Notes: a model not told the origin generated them from the letters alone. A stretch of DNA of 64,000 nt from Phycisphaerae bacterium (GCA_012719955.1 JAAXZI010000165.1:8611-72610); one strand, 5' to 3'. Positions 47,136 through 56,468 are shown, numbered from the stretch's first letter. Numbers and translations: made by a program.

Positions 47136-47242
47136 GCACCCGCTGGCTCGCGTTCGTTGCCCTCCGCCGCCGGCGCGTCGCGGGCAGAATGTGCAGGGCA
47201 ACGATTCATTGATGCGTCCAAATCATGCTCAGGAGGATCTCC

Positions 47243-48514
47243 ATGCAGCGCAAAGCCCACGTGTCTCGCAGAGACTTCGTCAAGACGGCCGCCGCCACGG
47301 TAGCCGCCACCGGCGCCTTTCCGTATTTCGCGCGCGGCCAGGCCGCCGACAGACCGCTCAAGATCGGCATCGTCGGCTGCGGCGGGCGCGGCACCGGAGC
47401 CGGCCACGATGCCATGAATGCCGATCCCAACGTCAAGGTGGTTGCGCTCGCGGATGTCTTCAAAGACCGCGTCGAGGGCTGTCGCAAGAGCCTGACCGAT
47501 AAGGGCCGGACCGAAATCAAGAACGAAAACTGCTTCGTCGGCTTCGACGCCTACCAGAAGCTGCTCCAAACCGACGTGGACTATGTGATTCTGGCCACAC
47601 CGCCGTACTACCGGCCGGAGCATTTCGAGGCCTGCGTCAAGGCCGGCAAGCACGTCTTCACCGAGAAGCCCGTGGCGGTGGACCCGGTGGGCATCCGCCG
47701 CTTCATGGCCGCCGGCAAACTGGCCGACGAGAAGGGGCTCTCCGTGGTGGCCGGTACGCAGCGCCGACACCAGAAGGGTTATATCGAGACCATCAACCGC
47801 ATCCGCGACGGGGCCATCGGCGATATCGTCGCCGGCCGCTGCTACTGGAACATGGGCCAGCTCTGGTATCGTCCGCGCCAGAACGGCTGGGACGACATGG
47901 AGTGGATGATCCGCGACTGGGTCAACTGGACCTGGCTCTCCGGCGACCACGTCGTCGAGCAGCACGTGCACAACACCGACGTCATCAACTGGGTCCTGGG
48001 CCGGCATGTGACCAAGGTCGTGGCTATGGGCGCCCGGCATCGCCGGGTCACCGGCGACCAGTACGACATGTTCGCCGCCGACCTGTACTATCCCGTCGAC
48101 GAAAAGGACAAGGACGGCAAGATCCACGTGCTCAGCATGTGCCGTCAGATCAACGGCTGCGCGAACGATGTCTCCGAGCACGTCACCGGGACCAAGGGCT
48201 TCTCCAACTGCAACGGCTGGATCAGCACCATCGGCGTGCTGGACGTCAAGGGTGAAAACCCCTACGTCCAGGAGCACAAGGATCTGATCGCGGCCATCCG
48301 TGCCGATAAGCCGATCAATGAGGCCCAGAACGTGGCCGAGTCCACCCTGACCAACATCATGATCCGCATGTCGGCCTACACCGGCCAGGCCGTGACCTGG
48401 GACGAGGCCATAAAGTCCGACCTCGACCTGGAACCGCCGGAGTTCGAACTGAGCGAAGAGAATATCAAGGCCGGCATACTCAAGGCCCACATCCGCAAGC
48501 CCGGGCGTGCGTAA
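47243..48514 (+). CDS. Tat-exported Gfo/Idh/MocA-family oxidoreductase
   Basis: Tat signal SRRDFVKTAAATVAATGAF. KIGIVGCGGRGTGA Rossmann motif. ATPPYYRPEHFEACVKAGKHVFTEKP. AGGAGGA RBS. Confidence 0.9.
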   Translation: MQRKAHVSRRDFVKTAAATVAATGAFPYFARGQAADRPLKIGIVGCGGRGTGAGHDAMNADPNVKVVALADVFKDRVEGCRKSLTDKGRTEIKNENCFVGFDAYQKLLQTDVDYVILATPPYYRPEHFEACVKAGKHVFTEKPVAVDPVGIRRFMAAGKLADEKGLSVVAGTQRRHQKGYIETINRIRDGAIGDIVAGRCYWNMGQLWYRPRQNGWDDMEWMIRDWVNWTWLSGDHVVEQHVHNTDVINWVLGRHVTKVVAMGARHRRVTGDQYDMFAADLYYPVDEKDKDGKIHVLSMCRQINGCANDVSEHVTGTKGFSNCNGWISTIGVLDVKGENPYVQEHKDLIAAIRADKPINEAQNVAESTLTNIMIRMSAYTGQAVTWDEAIKSDLDLEPPEFELSEENIKAGILKAHIRKPGRA

Positions 48515-48557
48515 AAGCGGCGCGTCCACCACGCTTTAGCGATCGAAGCCGATCAAA

Positions 48558-48586
48558 GAACCGCGGGCCACGGTCCGCGGTTTTTC
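48558..48586 (+). terminator. rho-independent terminator
   Basis: AACCGCGG (48559-48566) pairs with CCGCGGTT (48575-48582) around an 8-nt loop, followed by a T-run. It lies 44 nt after the oxidoreductase stop. Confidence 0.6.
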
Positions 48587-48698
48587 TATGCGCCCTTCCC
48601 GATCATCCCTCGTCCGGTCCGGCAGTCGATCGCCGTGGGAGCCCCGCCCGCCCCACGGCGTCGGGGCGCAGGCCCCCACCGGCCGTGGCGGAGGAAAA

Positions 48699-48720
48699 AA
48701 GTGTGGAAAAATCCACACTT
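48699..48720. promoter_or_regulatory. perfect dyad AAGTGTGGA-AAAA-TCCACACTT, candidate BlaI-family operator
   Basis: 9-bp arms. A third half-site AAGTGTGG at 48741-48748 overlaps the predicted promoter spacer and extended -10. Confidence 0.55.
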
Positions 48721-48725
48721 CGTCC

Positions 48726-48754
48726 TTGGCAGCCCTTCCGAAGTGTGGTATTTT
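48726..48754 (+). promoter_or_regulatory. candidate promoter TTGGCA - 17 nt - TG.TATTTT for the blaI-like operon
   Basis: -35 at 48726-48731 and -10 at 48749-48754 with TG at 48746-48747. It lies 46 nt upstream of the ATG at 48800. Confidence 0.5.
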
Positions 48755-48799
48755 CTTCATGTCAACGCGAGTCCCCCAACGCTCAGGAGAAGCCAGCTT

Positions 48800-49192
48800 A
48801 TGGCCCGTCTCACCCCCGGCGAACTGGAAGTCATGCAGGTGCTTTGGAAGGAGAGCCCCCTCAAACCCGCCGAGATTGAAGCGCGTTTACCCCGTCCCAT
48901 CGGCAATGCCGCCTTGCGATCCGTACTGAGAGTGCTGCTCAACAAGGGACATGTGAAACGGGCCAAACAGGGCAAAGCCTACTTTTATCGCCCCACCCAG
49001 CCGGCGCACTCTTCCTTTCGGCAGATGGCGCAGAAACTGGCGGATGTCTTCTTCGGAGGATCTTCGCTCGATCTGATCGCCGGCCTTATCAAGAGCGAAA
49101 AACTGTCCGACGAAGACATCCGCAAACTCCAGGATATCGTCCGCACTCGGAATGATCCGGCAGAAGCGCATCCCCCAGGAGAGAAGTCATGA
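48800..49192 (+). CDS. BlaI/MecI/CopY-family transcriptional repressor
   Basis: LTPGELEVMQVLW...PLKPAEIEARL...SVLRVLLNKGHVKR winged-helix pattern of the Penicillinase_R family. ATGA overlap with the downstream M56 gene. Confidence 0.85.
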   Translation: MARLTPGELEVMQVLWKESPLKPAEIEARLPRPIGNAALRSVLRVLLNKGHVKRAKQGKAYFYRPTQPAHSSFRQMAQKLADVFFGGSSLDLIAGLIKSEKLSDEDIRKLQDIVRTRNDPAEAHPPGEKS

Positions 49193-52134
49193 TCCATCAA
49201 TGGCTCCGCGCCTGCATCGAACTGCCCCCCGCCTGCGAACTCCTGTTCAAGATCACCATCCTGTTGACCATGGCATGGGCGCTGCATCTGGTCCTGCGGC
49301 GCGGCAACCCTTATTGGCGCGTGCTGCTCTGGCGCGGATTCGGCACGGCCATCCTCGCCACCCCCCTGCTGATCCTGGTGACACCGGAGATTCCGGTTGC
49401 CGTCCCGGCGGCGTCGCCCATGGCCGCGGGCCCGGCGATGGAGCAGGACTGGCCGCTCCTCTCCTATCAACCAGAACCGCTCACGGTAGCGGCACCCCAG
49501 GACACAGCGGCAGGAATCCCCGCGGCACCCATCGCCGCGCAACCGCCGTGGACCACGCGGGCCGCCAGGTGGATCACCGGCCACGGGCCTGCGCTGCTGG
49601 CAGCACTCTGGGCCACGGGCAGCGCGTTGCTCCTTGGGCAATGGATCCTTGCGTGGCTGCGGCTGCGGCGGATCATTGCGCTCTCGACCGCGGCGGGCGA
49701 GCACTACTGGGAACCGCTGCGCCGTGCCCAAACGGCGGTCGGATGCCATGCGAGGGTGCGGTTGCGTTTGGCCCGCGGATTGTCCAGCCCCCTGCTGGCC
49801 AGCGTTCGCACGCCGACCATTCTGATCCCCGAACATCTGGCCACCCGCACCAGCCCGGCGGAACTGCAGGCCATCCTGGCCCACGAGCTGTGCCATTTGA
49901 ACAACCGCGACTTGCTGTGGATGGCGATACTGCGCGGCCTGACCATTCTGCTCTGGTGGCACCCTCTCGCCTGGCGGCTGTGCCAGGCTCATGGCGAGGC
50001 ATGTGAAGAAGCATGTGACGCCGCCGCGGCCACCATTGTGGGCGATCCGGCCGCCTATTCCCGCACCCTGGCCCGCCTGGCGCTCGCCGCGTTGGCCCCG
50101 GCGCCCGCGCTGGCCGGCATTCCCATGGCCCGGCCCGCGCAGATAGTACGGCGCCTGTCGCGCCTGGCCATGCGCATGAATGCGTCACGGCCCGGACTGC
50201 GCCACGTGCTTCCGGCGGGTCTTCTGGCCGCCGCCGTCAGCCTGGGGCTGAGCGGCCTGCAACTGGTCGGCACGACGATGGCCGCACCGGAGACCCGGCC
50301 GGCAGACGCCGCCGCACGGGTGCTGCATTTCCCAACGGACCGGTCGCTGGGCACGCTCTTCGTCCAGGACGCCCATTCTCGGGGGGAGACAACCACCTCT
50401 TACCACTGGATGGAAGACGAGACCAGCAACCAGTGGGACGAACTCGGCCCTGCCCGCGGAGATGTGACCATCCCGGCCGGCAAGCGCGTACACCTGAGGG
50501 TCGAACGGGAAGGCTGGAAAGACCTCTCCCCGCTGGCCAGCCTCGCGCCTGACGATCTCGAGGCCTTATCCTTCAGTGGCTCAGGCCTGACCGCGGAGGA
50601 AAGCGAGGACTGGGGCATCCTGCGCGCCGAAAGCGCCGACGATGCCGTGATGCCGCACGTGGCCCGGCTCACCGGTTTGAAGAGCCTGCACCTCAATCTC
50701 ACCTGCGTGACCGGCAAGGCGCTTCGACATCTTGAAGGGTTCCAATCCCTGGAATCCCTCTCACTGCCCTGCCGGATGGATGACGAGGGCATGCCCTACG
50801 TGGCCAGACTCACCGGCCTCAAGCGGTTGTATTTCACCCGGAACACCGTCACCAATCGAGGTCTGGCCGCGCTGAAAAGCCTCCGCAACCTGGAGGAGTT
50901 GGAACTCGGCGGCAAGGCCATGAGCGACGGGGGCCTTGTGCATCTCAAATCGCTTCCTCGACTGAATCACCTGACGCTCTGGGGGACGACTTTCACGGAT
51001 GCGGGCATGGCCCACGTGGCTCAGGTTTCTTCGCTCAAGATCTTCCATCCTTTCCGCATGAACACGATTGGAGACCAGGGGCTCGCCCACCTGGCCAAGC
51101 TGCCGAACCTGCAACGGCTTGCCTTGCACTACAACGAGAAAATCACCGACGCCGGCATGGCCCACGTGGCCCGTATGCGGGCGTTGCGACAGCTCAACCT
51201 CAGTCACACGAAGATCGGCGACGCCGGCGCCAAACATCTCCAGAAGCTTCCCCACCTGGAATTGCTGAACCTGCCCAGCGGCCTCAGTTCGGACGCCCTG
51301 GTCGCCCTGCTGGCCAACCAGCCCCGGCTGCGCAGCCTGGAGTGCGGCACCACCTCCAACAGTCCATACGGGAACGAGTTGTGCGAGCAGATTGGCAAAA
51401 TGGCTGACTTGGAGGAAGTGACCATCACCGGAAGGCGGATCACCGATGCCGGGATGACTCACCTGACCAACTGCCGCAAACTCAGAAAGCTCATGCTGTT
51501 CTACTGTCCCATCACCAACAAAGGCCTTGCCGAGCTTGGCCGGATCAAATCGCTCACGAACCTGGACATCACCGGCGCAAGATTGACGACTTCCGGCCTC
51601 AAGCAGCTCAATGGCCTCACCCATCTCACTTATCTCAGACTCTCACAGGTCGAGCCCGACGAGGAATACGCGGATCTCTCCGGCCTCACCAACCTGCGGA
51701 AATTCACCTGGGGCGACAGCTCCAACGGCGAACCCTTGCGCGACGCCGACCTGGCCTCGCTGGCCAAACTGAAGAACCTCGAATGGTTTCAGATGTCCTT
51801 TGGCCGGGGAATCACCGACGCCGGCCTGGCCCACCTGGCCGGCCTGACGCAAATGAAACGGCTGTCGATTGGAGACGAACTGACCGATGCGGGATTGGCC
51901 CACCTGGCAAACATGAAGCAGCTCAATTCCCTGACCATCGCCGGCAATTTCACCGAGAAGGGCCTGCTGACGCTCGGACGCCATTCATCGCTGGCCTACC
52001 TGTGGGTGGCTACGCCCAGGCGGCTCAGCAACGACATCGCCGACCAGATGGCCGCCCGGCTGCCCAACCTGTCCTTGTTCCACTACGGCCCGGACTCTCA
52101 ACACATGCGACCACTCCAACTGAGCCGCCCCTGA
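49189..52134 (+). CDS. BlaR1-like M56 membrane metalloprotease fused to a ~600-aa leucine-rich-repeat domain
   Basis: Transmembrane N-terminus with HELCHLNNRD (HExxH) of M56. The C-terminus holds more than 15 repeats of ~24-25 aa of the type L..L.L....ITDAGLAHLA.L..L. Confidence 0.85.
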   Translation: MIHQWLRACIELPPACELLFKITILLTMAWALHLVLRRGNPYWRVLLWRGFGTAILATPLLILVTPEIPVAVPAASPMAAGPAMEQDWPLLSYQPEPLTVAAPQDTAAGIPAAPIAAQPPWTTRAARWITGHGPALLAALWATGSALLLGQWILAWLRLRRIIALSTAAGEHYWEPLRRAQTAVGCHARVRLRLARGLSSPLLASVRTPTILIPEHLATRTSPAELQAILAHELCHLNNRDLLWMAILRGLTILLWWHPLAWRLCQAHGEACEEACDAAAATIVGDPAAYSRTLARLALAALAPAPALAGIPMARPAQIVRRLSRLAMRMNASRPGLRHVLPAGLLAAAVSLGLSGLQLVGTTMAAPETRPADAAARVLHFPTDRSLGTLFVQDAHSRGETTTSYHWMEDETSNQWDELGPARGDVTIPAGKRVHLRVEREGWKDLSPLASLAPDDLEALSFSGSGLTAEESEDWGILRAESADDAVMPHVARLTGLKSLHLNLTCVTGKALRHLEGFQSLESLSLPCRMDDEGMPYVARLTGLKRLYFTRNTVTNRGLAALKSLRNLEELELGGKAMSDGGLVHLKSLPRLNHLTLWGTTFTDAGMAHVAQVSSLKIFHPFRMNTIGDQGLAHLAKLPNLQRLALHYNEKITDAGMAHVARMRALRQLNLSHTKIGDAGAKHLQKLPHLELLNLPSGLSSDALVALLANQPRLRSLECGTTSNSPYGNELCEQIGKMADLEEVTITGRRITDAGMTHLTNCRKLRKLMLFYCPITNKGLAELGRIKSLTNLDITGARLTTSGLKQLNGLTHLTYLRLSQVEPDEEYADLSGLTNLRKFTWGDSSNGEPLRDADLASLAKLKNLEWFQMSFGRGITDAGLAHLAGLTQMKRLSIGDELTDAGLAHLANMKQLNSLTIAGNFTEKGLLTLGRHSSLAYLWVATPRRLSNDIADQMAARLPNLSLFHYGPDSQHMRPLQLSRP

Positions 52135-52361
52135 TCCGCGGCTATATGACCGGGCGCGATCCTGCGATACGTGTGGGGACACGCCCCACGCCCAGCGCGC
52201 GCTCGGCCGGCTCAACCATCGCGCATAGCCACTTTGAGGAATTCCCTCCGCTTGCCGATAAGGGATCAGCTATAAGTCTGTACATCTCACGCCTTTTGTG
52301 CAGAATGGCAGCCGCCCGGAACTGTATTGGCGTCCGAAGCCTGAACTGGAAAGGAAGGACC

Positions 52362-55031
52362 GTGACCGACGCGCGCCAAAGAATCACGATCGCACCATTA
52401 CTGACACTAATTCTGTTCGTACCCGCCTGCTCGCTGGCGCCCAAGGCTCCTCTCTGGGAGCCGTCCCCGGCCAGCCGGGCGGCCGAAAAGTTCGATTATT
52501 TCCAGAACTCCTGGAGCGTCATCGGCCTGAAGGACTACAAGGACGGCACGCGGATCACACCGAGCAACGAGCTGGTGCTGGCCGGCGGGCGGAAGGTGCG
52601 CATCCGGTTCGGGCGGGAGCTGACCGCTCTGAGCCGCGAGCAGGTCAAGACCAACCTGGAAGGCTGGATGCCCATCATCCAACTGCGGGCCGTGGACGGC
52701 CAGGTCCAATACGATTTCACGTTCTGGGCCACGCCCTTAACGTCGGTGCCCGATTGGAAGGCGGCGTTCAACTGGCCGGTGGCTGGGGAGGATTACCTCA
52801 ACTGGGTGAGTGTGGCGGTCACCAACACCGGCGCGACGGCTGCCCCGGCCAAGATTCGCATCGAGCTGGTCGAGGGTGACAATGTTCGTGGGAACACGCA
52901 GGAATGGACGGTTCAGCCGGGGGTAGACCATGCGGTTGTCGGCATCGCGCATCGCTTCCCGTTCCATGCCGCCGCCGAGGAGTCGAAAGTCTCCGGCGAA
53001 GAGGCCCGGCTCTGGCTTGAGCGCACCAGGGAATGGTGGCGGGACACGTTGGCTTCGGCGGCCCGGATCGTCGTGCCGGAGGTCAAAGCCACCCAGGCCC
53101 TGCTGGCCGCTCACGTCTGCCAGTTGATCGCCCTCGATCACGGCGAGATCCACGGCGGCGAGGGCTTCTATGACCGGTTCTACGCGCGCGACGGGGCCTA
53201 CCAGATCATGGAGCTGGAAGAGGCCGGCCTGATGGACATTGCCCGCAAGGCCATTGCCGTATACCTGAAGTATCAGCGGCCGGACGGACGATTCGAGAGC
53301 CAGAAGGGTCAGCTCGACGCCAACGGCCAGTCCCTCTGGGCGCTCTGGCAGTTCTACCAGATCACCGGCGACAAGGCCTGGCTGGCCGAAGTGTATCCGC
53401 AGATGCGCCGGGCCGCGGAATGGACTATCAAGGCCCGGCGGGAAGCGCCGGCTGATTCGCCCTTTGCCGGCCTGCTGCCGAACGCCCTGGCTGACGGCGA
53501 GTATCTCTGGGACGGCCAGTATCACATCGTGGGGTACGATTTCTGGAACCTGCGCGGCTTGCTCTGCACCGCCGAAGCAGCCCGGGCCCTGGGCCGGGTC
53601 GAAGAGGCGGACGAACTGGCGCGCGAGGCGGACGACTATCGCGCGGCGATCGACGCCGCCTGGAAGCGCACCGGGTTGCCCCACTTTCCGCCAAGCTGGG
53701 AAAAGGTGGGCACCCACTGGGGCAATACGGAGACCCTGTGGCCGACCCCTTTGTTCACACCGGATGATCCGCGCGTGTCCGCCCTGATCCGCGAGGTCCG
53801 CGAGCGCCACGGAGGCGGATTCTGCGAAGGAACCATCCGCTGGACGGGCTTCCCCGGCGCCATTCATCCCTACATGTCGGCGTACACCACCATGGCCGCC
53901 CTGGAGCGCGGCGAGAGTGAGCAGGTCATCGAGGATTTCTACTGGTACCTGCTGCATTCGACGGCCACCCACGCCTTCCCCGAGGGCGTCTTCTACAAAC
54001 GGCGGTTCGCCTGGAGTGACACCATCCCCCACGCCACGGGGGCCAGCAACTACGCCATCCTGCTGCGGCACATGCTCATCCATGAACGTGGCGATGAGCT
54101 GCACCTGCTGCCGGCCGTGCCGGAATGGTGGTTCGGTCCGGGTGAGCGGATCGAAATCGAAAACGCTCCCACCCACTTTGGGCTGGTCAGCCTGCGTGTC
54201 GTCGGACGAGGGGGTGGCCTGGAGGTCGATCTCAAACTGCCGACCGAGCGGCCGGCCAGCCGGGTGGTTCTGCATCTGCCCGCCTCCCGGCGACTGCTCA
54301 CGCCGCTCCAGGGCGTGGAGGTGGTGACTGCCCCACCACAGAAGAAACGCTGGACCTTCGCGACGGTGGTGGAGCTTTACAACCGGACCGCTCCTCCGCT
54401 GGGCGGGAAGATTGAGGGTTTGGTCCATCTGCCCGCCGACCCGCCCCTGTCGCCGGGTGCCGTGAAGATGCTCAATCTGAGCGCCGCCGCCAACACCGAC
54501 CCCTTCAAGGCCCCCTTCGGAAAGGAAAACCCCGGCAAGTACCTGTTCACCGGCCTGCCCACGGGAACGCAGGTGTGCGCAGGCGTGCCCTTCACCATTC
54601 TGGATCCCTCCAAGAATGAGGGCCGGGGCCTGGTCGTCCTGCACTCACCCCAGGCCCCGCAGGACCGCACCTGGCCGAAGGAAGTCGTCATTCCCGTCGG
54701 CGAAGCCGGCAAGCGGCTGTATTTCCTGGGCAATGTGCACGGATGGGCGCCCGATGACCCCGGCGAGGGCGAATGGGGCGCGGTGGCTGAGTACATCATC
54801 CGCTATGCGGACGGCGAGTCGCAGACGGTGCCGCTCATCACCGGGCGGACGACCGAGGAATGGACCGCGTCGCCGTCGGCGAGCGACGTGTTCTGCGCAT
54901 TGCGGGGCGACCCCTGGCATCTCAACGTGCTGGGCGTGGAGCTGCGTCCGGTGAAGGTCGAGAGCATCGTGTTCCACGATCGCGGAACGCCGGCGGCACC
55001 GGTACTGGTGGCGGTCACGCTGGAGCGATGA
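52362..55031 (+). CDS. lipoprotein, six-hairpin (alpha/alpha)6 glycosidase-like protein with a C-terminal beta-rich domain
   Basis: GTG at 52362 after AAGGAAGGA gives the lipobox LFVPAC. GFYDRFYARDGAYQ...DANGQSLWALWQFYQITGD resembles GH15/GH63-type toroid folds. The 51783 start overlaps the LRR gene and is rejected. Confidence 0.75.
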   Translation: MTDARQRITIAPLLTLILFVPACSLAPKAPLWEPSPASRAAEKFDYFQNSWSVIGLKDYKDGTRITPSNELVLAGGRKVRIRFGRELTALSREQVKTNLEGWMPIIQLRAVDGQVQYDFTFWATPLTSVPDWKAAFNWPVAGEDYLNWVSVAVTNTGATAAPAKIRIELVEGDNVRGNTQEWTVQPGVDHAVVGIAHRFPFHAAAEESKVSGEEARLWLERTREWWRDTLASAARIVVPEVKATQALLAAHVCQLIALDHGEIHGGEGFYDRFYARDGAYQIMELEEAGLMDIARKAIAVYLKYQRPDGRFESQKGQLDANGQSLWALWQFYQITGDKAWLAEVYPQMRRAAEWTIKARREAPADSPFAGLLPNALADGEYLWDGQYHIVGYDFWNLRGLLCTAEAARALGRVEEADELAREADDYRAAIDAAWKRTGLPHFPPSWEKVGTHWGNTETLWPTPLFTPDDPRVSALIREVRERHGGGFCEGTIRWTGFPGAIHPYMSAYTTMAALERGESEQVIEDFYWYLLHSTATHAFPEGVFYKRRFAWSDTIPHATGASNYAILLRHMLIHERGDELHLLPAVPEWWFGPGERIEIENAPTHFGLVSLRVVGRGGGLEVDLKLPTERPASRVVLHLPASRRLLTPLQGVEVVTAPPQKKRWTFATVVELYNRTAPPLGGKIEGLVHLPADPPLSPGAVKMLNLSAAANTDPFKAPFGKENPGKYLFTGLPTGTQVCAGVPFTILDPSKNEGRGLVVLHSPQAPQDRTWPKEVVIPVGEAGKRLYFLGNVHGWAPDDPGEGEWGAVAEYIIRYADGESQTVPLITGRTTEEWTASPSASDVFCALRGDPWHLNVLGVELRPVKVESIVFHDRGTPAAPVLVAVTLER

Positions 55032-55062
55032 AAAGGCGGAAATAAATCCTCCGCCGCAAAAT

Positions 55063-55094
55063 TGTAGCGGCCGGGCTCCGTACCGGCCGCTACA
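55063..55094. repeat. REP-A copy 3, full palindrome TGTAGCGGCCGG-GCTCCGTA-CCGGCCGCTACA
   Basis: 12-bp perfect stem between convergent genes (stops at 55031 and 55209). It could act as a bidirectional terminator or RNA stabiliser. Confidence 0.85.
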
Positions 55095-55143
55095 GGTCCT
55101 TGGACGATGCACTGCACGCGGAAGGATAACCCGCTCTCCAGAA

Positions 55144-55162
55144 GGCGGGCAGGATGCCCGCC
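55144..55162. repeat. REP-C copy (GGCGGGCAGGATGCCCGCC)
   Basis: Same palindrome as 39671-39689, in the opposite orientation. Confidence 0.75.
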
Positions 55163-55208
55163 CCCCGATGGCGATGTCCGGCCCCTTCCGAGGAGCCAGC
55201 CCAGAAGC

Positions 55209-56468
55209 TCAGGCAAGCCGCCGACGGCCGCCCGGACCGGTGCCGATGGTCCGGCCAAGTGATCGGATACGGCTCTTGAGGCAGCCGCGACAGTGCTGGG
55301 CCGTCTCCGTGATGCACGCTTTCGCCGGGTAGATCTCGTACATGGCCCGGTACTGAACGGGGGTGAGGTTGGGCATCACCACGTTGGCCCCCCGGCACAG
55401 GGCCAGCTCGCGTCCGCTCTCCTGGTTGAGGGTGGCGATGGCGGTCGTGCCGGGAATGTTGGCCTGGGGGCACATCAGTCGGGTCAGGGCCACCATTTTG
55501 TACGCCATCTTCTCCGTATTGGGCACCTGGTCCGCCGAGGGGTGAGGCTCCGGCCGGGTTGCCAAGCGCTCCCCCAGCGGCGTGTCCGGATGCGGGATGT
55601 ACGGCCCCACGCCGATCATGTCGAGGTCCAACTCGCGGAACAACAGCAGATCGCGCGCGAGCGTCTCGTAGGTCTGCCCGGGAATGCCCACCATCACACC
55701 GCTGCCAATCTCATAGCCCAACCCGCGGAGCGTCCTCAGCAGTTCCACGCGGTCGGAAGGGCGCGAACCCAACGGCGGATGAATGCGGGCGTAGAGCTCA
55801 CGGTCGGACGTCTCGAAGCGAAGCAGGTAGCGGTCCGCCCCCGCTTCGCGCCAGGCGGCAAGGTCCTCGACCGGCCGTTCGCCCAGGCTCAGCGTGACCG
55901 CGAGGGGCGTCTCGGCCTTGATCTGGCGGATCAGCCGGGCGAGCCAGCTCCGGCCGATGCCGTAGTCCTCGCCGGCCTGCATGACCACCGTGCCGTAACC
56001 GAACTCGACCGCCTGGCGGGCACAGGCGAGGACCTCGTCGGCCGACAGACGATAGCGCACCAGCTTGGTGTGCCCGGCGCGCAGGCCGCAGTAGGCGCAC
56101 TGCCGCACGCAGTGGTTGGAGATCTCGACCAGCCCGCGCAGATGCACGGCATCGCCCACCATTTCATGCCGCACACGGTCCGCGGCTGCGTACAGCGTTT
56201 CCAGCCGGGAGTCGTCCTCTTCGCGCAGCCAGTGGAGAAGGTCGGTTTCGGTCAGTGGGCTTTCCAGGTGCGATGCGCCGTCAGCAGCGGACGCGGAACG
56301 GCCGGTACGGAGCCCGGCCGCTACAGAGTTGGCATGGAGGCCGGGCGGTACGGGGTTGGTACGAGGCCCGGGCGCGACAGAGCCGGCGGAAACATGGGCC
56401 GGCCCTGCCGGTGTTGCGCCTTCCGGCGAGCTAGAACAGTGGTTCAGAATGGGTAAAGAGCTCAGCAC
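55209..56468 (-). CDS. hydE: [FeFe]-hydrogenase maturase HydE (radical SAM) with a repeat-derived N-terminal extension
   Basis: EISNHCVRQCAYCG radical-SAM motif. HydE-like blocks VMQAGED and LRFETSD. GTG start overlaps the hydF stop by 7 nt. Confidence 0.9.
   Translation of the reverse strand: MLSSLPILNHCSSSPEGATPAGPAHVSAGSVAPGPRTNPVPPGLHANSVAAGLRTGRSASAADGASHLESPLTETDLLHWLREEDDSRLETLYAAADRVRHEMVGDAVHLRGLVEISNHCVRQCAYCGLRAGHTKLVRYRLSADEVLACARQAVEFGYGTVVMQAGEDYGIGRSWLARLIRQIKAETPLAVTLSLGERPVEDLAAWREAGADRYLLRFETSDRELYARIHPPLGSRPSDRVELLRTLRGLGYEIGSGVMVGIPGQTYETLARDLLLFRELDLDMIGVGPYIPHPDTPLGERLATRPEPHPSADQVPNTEKMAYKMVALTRLMCPQANIPGTTAIATLNQESGRELALCRGANVVMPNLTPVQYRAMYEIYPAKACITETAQHCRGCLKSRIRSLGRTIGTGPGGRRRLA
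56299..56327 (-). repeat. REP-A copy 4, inside the hydE 5' coding region (translated SVAAGLRTGRS); degenerate copies up to ~56390
   Basis: The plus strand reads CGGCCGGTACGGAGCCCGGCCGCTACAGA. The adjacent 56331-56390 is a decayed tandem copy. Confidence 0.85.

Noticed and set aside
28908-48532. Antisense ORFs 28908-30137 (-), 35424-38057 (-, 877 aa), 42052-43659 (+), 45351-46271 (+) and 47027-48532 (-)
   Set aside because: All shadow well-supported genes on the other strand. This is the high-GC artefact pattern.
51783-52361. Upstream 193-codon extension of the 51783-55031 ORF, overlapping the LRR gene
   Set aside because: The overlap with a strongly supported gene is 350 nt. The internal GTG at 52362, preceded by AAGGAAGGA, yields a proper lipoprotein signal.
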